Made by a program: the position numbers and the translations under genes. Of a DNA stretch of 64,000 nucleotides, positions 32,001-45,858 are shown in pieces. Positions within the stretch are counted from its first letter, which is position 1. Each line of letters begins with the position of its first letter. Under the pieces are notes generated by a model that was given only the letters and a program-made list of their open reading frames with translations, ran no database searches and had not been told where the DNA came from. Location: assembly GCA_964247055.1 (NCBI GenBank), contig OZ176054.1, forward strand, positions 992,001-1,056,000, read 5' to 3'. This stretch comes from Paragordius varius. Its lineage: Eukaryota > Animalia > Nematomorpha.

Positions 32001-32330
32001 AACGATACTTTAAAAATTAATGTATAAAACTAGTCGCATCAATACTCAAGTTAAACTTTGTCATTAAAAATCGGATATTGGTCGCCGGTGAACAAAACTA
32101 TTTTTTATACGTTCTCTTAGTAAGACTACATCAAATAGAGATAGTTTGACAAACTCTTTCATATCCGATTTTTACAACGATAGTTTAAAAATTAATGTAT
32201 AAAACTAGTCGCGTTAAACTTTGTCCTAAAAATTCGGATATTGATCACCGGTGAACAAAATTATTTTTTATACATTCTCTTAGTAAGACTACAACAAAGT
32301 ATAGAGATAGTTTGACAAACTCTTTCATAT
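26100..32330. repeat. A-B dimer (344 bp) satellite domain with 8- and 10-mer super-periods
   Basis: Mostly alternating A (GGTCGCCGG) and B monomers. The marker TCCTTATTTT lies at 27191, 28553 and 30271 (spacings 1362 and 1718). Confidence 0.8.
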
Positions 32331-35300
32331 CCGATTTTTACAACGATACTTTAAATTAATGTATAAAACTAGTCGCATCAATACTCAACTTAATCTTTGT
32401 CCTTAAAAATCGGATATTGGTCACCAGTGAACAAAATTATTTTTTACAACATTCTCTTAGTAGGACTACAGCAAAATATAGAGATAGTTTGACAAACTCT
32501 TTCATATCCGATTTTTACAACGATACTTTAAAAATTAATATATTAAACTAGTCGCATCAATACTTAAGTTAAACTTTGTCCTTAAAAATCGGATATTGGT
32601 CACCGGTGAACAAAACTATTTTTTATACATTCTCTTAGTAAGACTACATCAAAATATAGAGATAGTTTGACAAACTCTTTCATATCCGATTTTTACAACG
32701 ATACTTTAAAAATTAATGTATAGAACTAGTCGCGTTATACTTTTCCTAAAAATTCGTATATTGATCACCGGTGAACAAAATTATTTTTTATACATTCTCT
32801 TAGTAAGACTACAACAAAATATAGAGATAGTTTGACAAACTCTTTCATATCCGATTTTTACAACGATACTTTAAATTAATGTATAAAACTAGTCGCTTCA
32901 ATACTCAACTTAATCTTTGTCCTTAAAAATCGGATATTGGTCACCAGTGAACAAAACTAATTTTTATACATTCTCTTAGTAGGACTACATCAAAATATAG
33001 AGATAGTTTGACAAATTCTTTCATATCCGATTTTTAAAACGATACTTTAAAAATTAATGTATAGAACTAGTCGCGTTAAACTTTGTCCTAAAAATTCGTA
33101 TATTGATCACCGGTACAAAATTATTTTTTATACATTCTCTTAGTAAGACTACAACAAAATATAGAGATAGTTTGACAAATTCTTTCATATCCGATTTTTA
33201 CAACGATACTTTAAAAATTAATGTATAAAACTAGTCCCATCAATACTCAAGTTTAACTTTGTCCTTAAAAATCGGATATTGGTCACCGGTGAACAAAATT
33301 ATTTTTTATACATTCTCTTATTAAGACTACATCAAAATATAGATATAGTTTGACAAACTCTTTCATATCCGATTTTTACAACGATACTTTTAAAATTAAT
33401 ATATTAAACTAGTCGCATCAATACTCAAGTTAAACTTTGTCCTTAAAAATCGGATATTGGTCACCGGTGAACAAAACTATTTTTTATACATTCTCTTAGT
33501 AAGACTACATCAAAATATAGAGATAGTTTGACAAACTCTTTCATATCCGATTTTTACAACGATACTTTAAAAATTAATGTATGAACTAGTCGCGTTAAAC
33601 TTTGTCCTAAAAATTCGTATATTGATCACCGGTGAACAAAATTATTTTTTATACATTCTCTTAGTAAGACTACAACAAAATATAGAGATAGTTTGACAAA
33701 CTCTTTCATATCCGATTTTTACAACGATACTTTAAAAATTAATGTATAAAACTAGTCGCATCAATACTCAAGTTAAACTTTGTCCTTAAAAATCGGATAT
33801 TGGTCGCCGGTGAACAAAACTATTTTTTATACATTCTCTTAGTAAGACTACATCAAAATATAGATATAGTTTGACAAACTCTTTCATATCCGATTTTTAC
33901 AATGATACTTTAAAAATCAATGTTTAAAACTAGTCGCGTTAAACTTTGTCCTAAAAATTGGGATATTGATTACCGGTGAACAAAATTATTTTTTATACAT
34001 TCTTTTAGTAAGACTACAATAAATTATAGAGATAGTTTGACAAACTCTTTCATATCCGATTTTTACAACGATACTTTAAATTAATGTATAAAACTAGTCG
34101 CATCAATACTCAAGTTAATCTTTGTCCTTAAAAATCGGATATATATCACCGGTAAACAAAATTATTTTTTACAACATTCTCTTAGTAGGACTACATCAAA
34201 ATATAATAGTTTGACAAATTCTTTCATATCCGATTTTTACAACGATACTTTAAAAATTATTATATTAATCTAGTCGCATCAATACTCAAGTTAAACTTTG
34301 TCCTTAAAAATCGGATATTGGTCACCGGTGAACAAAACTATTTTTTATACATTCTCTTAGTAAGACTACATCAAAATATAAAGATAGTTTGACAAACTCT
34401 TTCATATCCGATTTTTACAACGATACTTTAAAAATTAATATATAGAACTAGTCGCGTTAAACTTTGTCCTAAAAATTCGTATATTGATCACCGGTGAACA
34501 AAATTATTTTTTATACATTCTCTTAGTAAGACTACAACAAAATATAGATATAGTTTGACAAACTCTTTCATATCCGATTTTTACAACGATACTTTAAATT
34601 AATGTATAAAACTAGTCGCATCAATACTCAAGTTAATCTTTGTCCTTAAAAATCGGATATATATCACCGGTAAACAAAATTATTTTTTACAACATTCTCT
34701 TAGTAGGACTACATCAAAATATAATAGTTTGACAAATTCTTTCATATCCGATTTTTACAACGATACTTTAAAAATTATTATATTAATCTAGTCGCATCAA
34801 TACTCAAGTTAAACTTTGTCCTTAATAATCGGATATTGGTCACCGGTGAACAAAACTATTTTTTATACATTCTCTTAGTAAGACTACATCAAAATATAGA
34901 GATAGTTTGACAAACTCTTTCATATCCGATTTTTACAACGATACTTTAAAAATTAATGTATAGAACTAGTCGCGTTAAACTTTGTCCTAAAAATTCGGAT
35001 ATTGATCACCGGTGAACAAAATTTTTTTTTATACATTCTCTTAGTAAGACTACAACAAAATATAGAGATAGTTGAACAAACTCTTTCATATCCGATTTTT
35101 ACAACGATACTTTAAAATTTAATGTCTAAAACTAGTCGCATCAATACTCAAGTTAAACTTTGTCTTAAAAATCGGATATTGGTTGCCGGTGAACAAAACT
35201 ATATTTATACATTCTCTTAGTAAGACTACATCAAAATATAGAGATAGTTTGACAAACTCTTTCATATCCGATTTTTACAACGATACTTTAAAAATTAATG

Positions 35301-38300
35301 TATGAACTAGTCGCGTTAAACTTTGTCCTAAAAATTCGTATATTGATCACCGGTGAACAAAATTATTTTTTATACATTCTCTTAGTAAGACTACAACAAA
35401 ATATAGAGATAGTTTGACAAACTCTTTCATATCCGATTTTTACAACGATACTTTAAAAATTAATGTATAAAACTAGTCGCATCAATACTCAAGTTAAACT
35501 TTGTCCTTAAAAATCGGATATTGGTCGCCGGTGAACAAAACTATTTTTTATACATTCTCTTAGTAAGACTACATCAAAATATAGATATAGTTTGACAAAC
35601 TCTTTCATATCCGATTTTTACAATGATACTTTAAAAATCAATGTTTAAAACTAGTCGCGTTAAACTTTGTCCTAAAAATTGGGATATTGATTACCGGTGA
35701 ACAAAATTATTTTTTATACATTCTTTTAGTAAGACTACAATAAATTATAGAGATAGTTTGACAAACTCTTTCATATCCGATTTTTACAACGATACTTTAA
35801 ATTAATGTATAAAACTAGTCGCATCAATACTCAAGTTAATCTTTGTCCTTAAAAATCGGATATATATCACCGGTAAACAAAATTATTTTTTACAACATTC
35901 TCTTAGTAGGACTACATCAAAATATAATAGTTTGACAAATTCTTTCATATCCGATTTTTACAACGATACTTTAAAAATTATTATATTAATCTAGTCGCAT
36001 CAATACTCAAGTTAAACTTTGTCCTTAAAAATCGGATATTGGTCACCGGTGAACAAAACTATTTTTTATACATTCTCTTAGTAAGACTACAACAAAATAT
36101 AGATATAGTTTGACAAACTCTTTCATATCCGATTTTTACAACGATACTTTAAATTAATGTATAAAACTAGTCGCATCAATACTCAAGTTAATCTTTGTCC
36201 TTAAAAATCGGATATATATCACCGGTAAACAAAATTATTTTTTACAACATTCTCTTAGTAGGACTACATCAAAATATAATAGTTTGACAAATTCTTTCAT
36301 ATCCGATTTTTACAACGATACTTTAAAAATTATTATATTAATCTAGTCGCATCAATACTCAAGTTAAACTTTGTCCTTAATAATCGGATATTGGTCACCG
36401 GTGAACAAAACTATTTTTTATACATTCTCTTAGTAAGACTACATCAAAATATAGAGATAGTTTGACAAACTCTTTCATATCCGATTTTTACAACGATACT
36501 TTAAAAATTAATGTATAGAACTAGTCGCGTTAAACTTTGTCCTAAAAATTCGGATATTGATCACCGGTGAACAAAATTTTTTTTTATACATTCTCTTAGT
36601 AAGACTACAACAAAATATAGAGATAGTTGAACAAACTCTTTCATATCCGATTTTTACAACGATACTTTAAAATTTAATGTCTAAAACTAGTCGCATCAAT
36701 ACTCAAGTTAAACTTTGTCTTAAAAATCGGATATTGGTTGCCGGTGAACAAAACTATATTTATACATTCTCTTAGTAAGACTACATCAAAATATAGAGAT
36801 AGTTTGACAAACTCTTTCATATCCGATTTTTACAACGATACTTTAAAAATTAATGTATGAACTAGTCGCGTTAAACTTTGTCCTAAAAATTCGTATATTG
36901 ATCACCGGTGAACAAAATTATTTTTTATACATTCTCTTAGTAAGACTACAACAAAATATAGAGATAGTTTGACAAACTCTTTCATATCCGATTTTTACAA
37001 CGATACTTTAAAAATTAATGTATAAAACTAGTCGCATCAATACTCAAGTTAAACTTTGTCCTTAAAAATCGGATATTGGTCGCCGGTGAACAAAACTATT
37101 TTTTATACATTCTCTTAGTAAGACTACATCAAAATATAGATATAGTTTGACAAACTCTTTCATATCCGATTTTTACAATGATACTTTAAAAATCAATGTT
37201 TAAAACTAGTCGCGTTAAACTTTGTCCTAAAAATTGGGATATTGATTACCGGTGAACAAAATTATTTTTTATACATTCTTTTAGTAAGACTACAATAAAT
37301 TATAGAGATAGTTTGACAAACTCTTTCATATCCGATTTTTACAACGATACTTTAAATTAATGTATAAAACTAGTCGCATCAATACTCAAGTTAATCTTTG
37401 TCCTTAAAAATCGGATATATATCACCGGTAAACAAAATTATTTTTTACAACATTCTCTTAGTAGGACTACATCAAAATATAATAGTTTGACAAATTCTTT
37501 CATATCCGATTTTTACAACGATACTTTAAAAATTATTATATTAATCTAGTCGCATCAATACTCAAGTTAAACTTTGTCCTTAAAAATCGGATATTGGTCA
37601 CCGGTGAACAAAACTATTTTTTATACATTCTCTTAGTAAGACTACATCAAAATATAAAGATAGTTTGACAAACTCTTTCATATCCGATTTTTACAACGAT
37701 ACTTTAAAAATTAATATATAGAACTAGTCGCGTTAAACTTTGTCCTAAAAATTCGTATATTGATCACCGGTGAACAAAATTATTTTTTATACATTCTCTT
37801 AGTAAGACTACAACAAAATATAGATATAGTTTGACAAACTCTTTCATATCCGATTTTTACAACGATACTTTAAATTAATGTATAAAACTAGTCGCATCAA
37901 TACTCAAGTTAATCTTTGTCCTTAAAAATCGGATATATATCACCGGTAAACAAAATTATTTTTTACAACATTCTCTTAGTAGGACTACATCAAAATATAA
38001 TAGTTTGACAAATTCTTTCATATCCGATTTTTACAACGATACTTTAAAAATTATTATATTAATCTAGTCGCATCAATACTCAAGTTAAACTTTGTCCTTA
38101 ATAATCGGATATTGGTCACCGGTGAACAAAACTATTTTTTATACATTCTCTTAGTAAGACTACATCAAAATATAGAGATAGTTTGACAAACTCTTTCATA
38201 TCCGATTTTTACAACGATACTTTAAAAATTAATGTATAGAACTAGTCGCGTTAAACTTTGTCCTAAAAATTCGGATATTGATCACCGGTGAACAAAATTT

Positions 38301-40773
38301 TTTTTTATACATTCTCTTAGTAAGACTACAACAAAATATAGAGATAGTTGAACAAACTCTTTCATATCCGATTTTTACAACGATACTTTAAAATTTAATG
38401 TCTAAAACTAGTCGCATCAATACTCAAGTTAAACTTTGTCTTAAAAATCGGATATTGGTTGCCGGTGAACAAAACTATATTTATACATTCTCTTAGTAAG
38501 ACTACATCAAAATATAGAGATAGTTTGACAAACTCTTTCATATCCGATTTTTACAACGATACTTTTATAAAACTAGTCGCGTTAAACTTTGTCCTAAAAA
38601 TTCGGATATTGATCACCGGTGAACAAAATTAGTTTTTATACATTCTCTTAGTAAGACTACAACAAAGTATAGAGATAGTTTGACAAACTCTTTCATATCC
38701 GATTTTTACAACGATACTTTATATTAATGTATAAAACTAGTCGCATCAATACTCAACTTAATCTTTGTCCTTAAAAATCGGATATTAGTCACCAGTGAAC
38801 AAAATTAATTTTTTACAACATTCTCTTAGTAGGACTACATCAAAATATAGAGATAGTTTGACAAACTCTTTCATATCCGATTTTTACAACGATACTTTAA
38901 AAATTAATATATTAAACTAGTCGCATCAATACTCAAGTTAAACTTTGTCCTTAAAAATCGGATATTGGTCACCGGTGAACAAAACTATTTTTTATACATT
39001 CTCTTAGTAAGACTACATCAAAATATAGAGATAGTTTGACAAACTCTTTCATATCCGATTTTTACAACGATACTTTAAAAATTAATGTATAGAACTAGTC
39101 GCGTTATACTTTGTCCTAAAAATTCGTATAATCACCGGTCAACAAAATTATTTTTTATACATTCTCTTAGTAAGACTACAACAAAATATAGAGATAGTTT
39201 GACAAACTCTTTCATATCCGATTTTTACAACGATACTTTAAAAATTAATGTATAAAACTAGTCGCATCAATACTCAAGTTAAACTTTGTCCTTAAAAATC
39301 GGTTATTGGTCACCGGTGAACAAAACTATTTTTTATACATTCTCTTAGTAAGACTACATCAAAATATAGAGATAGTTTGACAAACTCTTTCATATCCGAT
39401 TTTTACAACGATACTTTAAAATTAATGTATAAAACTAGTCGCATCAATACTCAAGTTAAACTTTGTCCTTAAAAATCGGATATTGGTCACCGGTGAACAA
39501 AATTATTTTTTATACATTCTCTTATTATGACTACATCAAAATATAGAGATAGTTTTACAAACTCTTTCATATCCGATTTTTACAACGATACTTTAAAAAT
39601 TAATGTATAGAACTAGTCGCGTTAAACTTTGTCCTAAAAATTCGTATATTGATCACCGGTGAACAAAATTATTTTTTATACATTCTCTAAGTAAGACTAC
39701 AACAAAATATAGAGATAGTTTGACAAACTCTTTCATATCCGATTTTTACAACGATACTTTAAAAATTAATGTATAAAACTAGTCGCATCAATACTCAAGT
39801 TAGATTTTGTCCTTAAAAATCGGATATTGGTCACCGGTGAACAAAATTATTTTTTATACATTCTCTTAGTAAGACTACATCAAAATATAGAGATAGTTTG
39901 ACAAACTCTTTCATATCCGATTTTTACAACGATACTTTAAAAATTAATGTATAAAACTAGTCGCATCAATACTCAAGTTAAACTTTGTCCTTAAAAATCG
40001 GATATTGGTCACCGGTGAACAAAATTATTTTTTATACATTCTCTTATTATGACTACATCAAAATATAGAGATAGTTTTACAAACTCTTTCATATCCGATT
40101 TTTACAACGATACTTTAAAAATTAATGTATAGAACTAGTCGCGTTAAACTTTGTCCTAAAAATTCGTATATTGATCACCGGTGAACAAAATTATTTTTTA
40201 TACATTCTCTAAGTAAGACTACAACAAAATATAGAGATAGTTTGACAAACTCTTTCATATCCGATTTTTACAACGATACTTTAAAAATTAATGTATAAAA
40301 CTAGTCGCATCAATACTCAAGTTAAACTTTGTCCTTAAAAATCGGATATTGGTCACCGGTGAACAAAATTATTTTTTATACATTCTCTTATTATGACTAC
40401 ATCAAAATATAGAGATAGTTTGACAAACTCTTTCATATCCGATTTTTACAACGATACTTTAAAAATTAATGTATAGAACTAGTCGCGTTAAACTTTGTCC
40501 TAAAAATTCGTATATTGATCACCGGTGAACAAAATTATTTTTTATACATTCTCTAAGTAAGACTACAACAAAATATAGAGATAGTTTGACAAACTCTTTC
40601 ATATCCGATTTTTACAACGATACTTTAAAAATTAATGTATAAAACTAGTCGCATCAATACTCAAGTTAGATTTTGTCCTTAAAAATCGGATATTGGTCAC
40701 CGGTGAACAAAATTATTTTTTATACATTCTCTTAGTAAGACTACATCAAAATATAGAGATAGTTTGGCAACTC

Positions 40774-42200
40774 ATTTTATTTTTAATTATTTTATTTTTA
40801 TTTTATTTTTATTTTATTTTTATTTTTTTTATTTTATTTTATTTTATGTTATTTTATTTTATATTATTTTATCTATTTAATTTTATTTTATTTTATTTTA
40901 TTTTATTTTATTTTATTTTATTTTATATTATATTATTTTATTTTATTTTATTTTTTTTTATTTTATTTTATTTTATTTTATTTTATTTTTTATTTTATTT
41001 TTAATTATTTTATTTTATTTTATTTTATATTATTTTATTTTATTTTATTTTATTTTATTTTATTTTATTTATATTTTATTTTATTTTATTATTTTTTTTT
41101 AATTATTTTATTTAATTTTTTTTTATTTTATTTTATTTTATTTTATTTTTATTTTATTTTATTTTTAATTATTTTAATTTATTTTTTTATTTTATTTTTA
41201 TTTTATTTTAATTTTTTTATTTTATTTTATTTTTTAATATAGTAATTTTATTTTATTTTTAATTATTTTATTTTATTTTATATTATTTTATCTTATTTAA
41301 TTTTATTTTATTTTATATTATTTTATTTTATTTTATTTTATTTATTATTTTATTTTATTTTATTTTATTTTTATTTTATTTCATATTATTTTATTTTATT
41401 TTATTTTATTTTTTTTTATTATATAATATTTTATTTTATTTTATTTTATTTTATATTATATTATTTTATTTTATTTTTTTTATTATATAAAAATTTTATT
41501 TTATTTTAAGTCTTTTATTTTATATTATTTTATTTTATTTTATTTTATTTTATTTTATTTATTTTATTTTATTTTATTTTATTTTATTTTATTTTATTTT
41601 ATTTTATATTATTTTATTTTATTTTATTTTATTTTTTTTTATTATATAATATTTTATTTTGTTTTTAATTATTTTATTTTATTTTATATTATTTTATATT
41701 ATTTTATTTTATTTTACATCAATTTATTAATATTTTATTTTATTTTATTTTTTTTTATTTTATTTTATTTTATTTTTTTTTATTTTATTTTTTATATTAT
41801 TTTATTTTATTTTATATATATTTTATTTTATTTTATTATATTTTATTTTATTTTATTTTTTTTATTGTATAAAATTTTATTTAATTTTTAATTATTTTTT
41901 ATATTATTTTATATTATTTTATTTTATTTTATATTATATTAATTTATTAATATTTTATTTTATTTTATTTTATTTTTATTTTATTTTATTTTATTTTATT
42001 TTATTTTATTTTATTTTATTTTATTTTATTTATTTTTATTTTATTTTATTTTATTTTATTTTATTTTTATTTAATTTTATTTTATTTTATTTTATTTTAT
42101 TTTATTTTTAATTATTTTATATTATTTTATATTATTTTGTTTTATTTTATTTTATTTTATTTTTAATTATTTTATTTTAATTTTTCATATATTATTTAAT
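40774..42200 (+). repeat. (ATTTT)n microsatellite, degenerating rightwards
   Basis: Long near-perfect ATTTT runs (e.g. 41531-41600, 41981-42060) directly abut the last satellite monomer. The right boundary is approximate. Confidence 0.95.
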
Positions 42201-43705
42201 TTTTTTACTTTATTATTTAATAAATTTTTTTATGTTTTTTGATTTTTTATATTTTATTTTTAATATATTTTATAAGTTGATTTTTTTAATTTTTTTTATT
42301 TATTTTTTATTTTTTTATTTTTCTATTTTTATATAATTATTTAATTTATTAATTAATTTTTATTATTTTAAATATTTATTTTTTTCAATTTTTTTAATTA
42401 TATTTTTTTTATTATTTAATATTGTAATTTTAATATATTAATTATTTTTATTTGTTTTTATATTTTTCAAATTTTTTATATATTTATATTTTCATATTTT
42501 AATTTATTATTTAATTTTAATATATAAATTCATATATATTTATATTTTTTTTTTAAATATTTTAATTTTTTAAACTTTTTTTAATTTTTAAATTTAATTT
42601 TTATTATATTATATTTTTTATTTTTATTTAATATTATTTTTTTAATTTTCTTATCAATTATATAATTATTCAATTCATTATTTAACTGTTTTATTTTAAA
42701 AAAATTTTTAATTTATATATTTTATTTTTCAAATTTTAATATTTGTATTCTATAATTTATTATTTTTTTAATATTTTTAATATATATTTTATATATTATT
42801 TTTTACTTTTTATTTTTTTATATTCTCAGTTTCTTTTTATTTTAATTTTTATTATAGACTAATTTTTTATTTTTTTAATTTTATTTCTCTATTAATTATA
42901 TAATTATTAATTTATTATAATTTTTATATTTTTGATAATTATTTTATTTTTTTTACTTATATATTTTTTTTTATTTTTAATATTTTTTATTTATTTTTTT
43001 TTAATATTTTTTTAGTTTATTATTATATTTTTATTTTTTTTATTACGTAATATTGTAATTTAATATTTTTTCTATTTAATTTTATATTTTTCAAAAATTT
43101 ATTATTTTTTTAATATTTTTAATTTACCTTTTTTCATATATTTCTATTTTTAATTTTTATATATTTTTTGGTTTATTTTTATATTAATTTTTATTATTTT
43201 AAAATTTTTATTTTTTTATCTCATTTTTTTGATTTTAATTTATATATTTTTTTATTATTAATTTTTTATTTTTTAATTTATTGTTTATTTTTTATTAATT
43301 ATTTAATTTATTATTATTCAAGTTTCAAAACATTATATTTTTTATTTTTTCATAATTAATATTTTAATTTTTTTAATTTATCATGATTTCCAATTTTTTT
43401 TTTAATTTTTTAATTTATTATATAAATTTTTAATATAAATTTCTTTTATATTTTCATTTACTATATTTAATATTATTTTTTAATTTATTTTTAGTATTAT
43501 TATTTATTTATTTTTTATTAATTATTAATTTTTTTAATTTTATGTTAAATTCAAATATTTTATTCTTTAATTTTTCCACTTAATTATTCATTATTTTTTA
43601 TTTTTTCACATTTTTATTTTTTTTATTTTTTATATTTTTTAATTTATTTTTTAATTTTAATATTTTTATTATATATTTTATGTATATTTTTTTAATTTTT
43701 ATATC
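42201..43705. repeat. T-rich low-complexity DNA, nearly free of G and C
   Basis: Read directly from composition; boundaries approximate. Confidence 0.85.
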
Positions 43706-44769
43706 TTATCAAAAATAAATATTAAATTTAAAATTTAATAATAAATTAAAAATATTAAATAACTAATTAAAATAAATAAAAGAAACTAAAATTAAAAATA
43801 TAATAAATAAAAATATTAAAAAAATAAAAAAATATTAAAAATTAAATAAATATATAAAATATATAAATTATAAAAAAGAAATTAAATGAAAAATACAATG
43901 ATAAAATTAAAAAAATGAATAAAAATCAAAAAAATATAAAAAATAAAATTTATAATTAAATAATTATTAATAAATAAAATAAAAAATTAAAATACACATA
44001 TAAAAAAAAATTAAAAATAAATATAAAAAAAAGGTTTAAAAATTAAATAAAAAAGATATAAATATAAAATAAAAAAAATAAAAAAATAAAATAAAAAAGT
44101 TAAAATAAAACAAACATAAACAAATACATGAAAATAAAATTTAATAAACAAAAAATAAAAATAAAAAAAATAATAAAAAATAAATAAATAAATATAAAAT
44201 AAATTAACGATAAATTTATTAATTATGATAATTGTATGAAAAAACTAAATTTAATAATAAATAAATAAAAAAAAATAAAAAATATTAAAAATTAAAAAAA
44301 AACAAAAAAACAAAATTTTTAAAAATATTAAAAGAAATAATTGAAAAATATGATTATTAAAAATAGAAAATAAATAAAAAATAAAATTAAAATATTAAAA
44401 TATAAAATTAATATAAGAAACATAAAATATAAAAATAATTTAATAAAATATTAATATTAATACTAAATAAATATATAAAATATATATAAAAATAATAAAT
44501 TCATAAATATAAAATAAAAAATAATATAGGTTATATAAAATTTTAATAAAAATAAAAAATGAAATTTAAAATATATAAAAAAAAATGAAAATTAAATAAG
44601 AAATTAATAAAATAATAATTATTAAAAAAAATAACTAAAAATTAAAAAAATTAAAATATACATTAAAAAAATTAAAAAAAAATAAAAATAAAATAAAAAA
44701 AATATTAAAAATTAAATATATATATATTGAAATAAAACAATAAATAAAAAATAATGTATTTATAATAAA
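43706..44769. repeat. A-rich low-complexity block, left part (interrupted by Helitron 1)
   Basis: Composition. It shares segments with 45859-46330, e.g. AAAAATATTAAAAATTAAAAAAAAACAAAA near 44280 and near 45940. Confidence 0.8.
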
Positions 44770-45858
44770 CTAGCGTGAATCTCGTGCTGCTACGCAGCCC
44801 GAGGAAGTCCTTCGGACCTTTGGGAAGGGGGGGGAGTTCGAATGCTATACATATGATAGATACTCCTTACTCAGCATCTATCATCAAGGAAACGCTTGAC
44901 TAAAATTTTTGCCTTTTAACAGGCAATACGAAAAATCTTTCTCGAATTTTTACAGTCTCATACCGTAGGAAAAAAAATACAATCAAAAAATATTTTTGTG
45001 GACTTTGTTTTTTTTTGAAAAAAATGGCATTTTACGGGGGTAGCGGGTAAAAAGAGGGCCCAAATCAAAAAAGTGAGTCGACTATGTTCAGCGCGATCGA
45101 AAATAAGTAAACAATAATCATATTTGAAATTGAATGGTCCAACACGTTCTCCAAAAAATTGACTTAACCCATTTTTCACACGGGGTGGGCCCGAACTGGG
45201 GACCTAATTCCAAAAAAGGGCGAAGCTATTGTCGGGGCATTCATTAATGATTATATTTTTTCGATGTTTGGATTTGATTGGGTTCACCGGTTTTCCGGAA
45301 ACAGATCACAAAGTTATATGAAAAATCAGTTTTTAGCGGGTAGCTCCTTACCCAGCAGCTATCATCAAATAAACGGTAGACTAAAATTTTTGCCTTTTAA
45401 CAGGGAATACGTGGAATCCATATAGAATTTTTACGGTCTCATACCTAGGGCGAAAAATCGATTTAAAAAATTATTTTTGTGGACTTTGTTTTTTGAAAAA
45501 GGTGGCATTTTACGGGGGGAGCGGGTAAAAAGATGGCCTAAATCAAAAATGTGGCTCGGCTATGTTCGGCGCAATCGAAAATAAGTAAACAATAATCATA
45601 TTTGAAATTGAATGGTCCAACACGTTCTCCGGAAAATTGTCTCAAAGACACGATTTTTGTGGACTTTGTTTTTTAAAAAAACCCGTTTTTTATACGGGGT
45701 GGGCCCGAACTGGGGGCCTATTTCAAAAAAAGGGCGAAGCTATTGTCGGGACATTTATTAATGATTATATTTTTTCGATATTTGGATTTGATTGGGTCTA
45801 CCGGTTTTCCTGTACCAGATCACAAAGCCAGCATTTTCCATTTTTATAAATATATAGA
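44770..45858 (-). mobile_element. Non-autonomous Helitron (1089 bp) with two internal ~480-500 bp tandem units
   Basis: On the minus strand it starts A|TCTATATATTTATAAAAAATGG (45858) and ends with the hairpin CTCGGGCTGC-GTA-GCAGCACGAG (44781-44803), 7 nt, then CTAG|T (44770). This is the canonical TC...hairpin-CTAG structure in an AT target with no TSD. Internal units are ~44862-45343 and ~45344-45843. No Rep/helicase ORF. Confidence 0.85.

Larger units (their letters stand above)
1..40773. repeat. Tandem satellite array, about 235 monomers: type A 178 bp and type B 166 bp (B lacks ATCAATACTCAA); continues past the left window edge
   Basis: The anchor TAGAGATAG recurs at 5, 171, 347, 513, 691 and 869 (spacings 166, 176, 166, 178, 178). 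All monomers share one orientation and high identity. The array stops at ...ATAGTTTGGCAACTC (40773). Confidence 0.98.

Noticed and set aside
1-40773. CRISPR array or bacterial repeat system
   Set aside because: There are no unique spacers: the whole unit repeats. No cas genes are present and the context is eukaryotic, with spliceosomal introns.
40693-41004. 103-aa hydrophobic ORF resembling a membrane protein (also 43168-43359)
   Set aside because: It is a translation of (ATTTT)n and T-rich DNA running out of the last satellite monomer.
40774-42200. Telomeric repeat
   Set aside because: The repeat is internal, has no G-rich strand and grades into low-complexity DNA.
42200-44769. Mitochondrial insertion or control region
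   Set aside because: No tRNA, rRNA or respiratory-gene motifs are recognisable; only AT richness.
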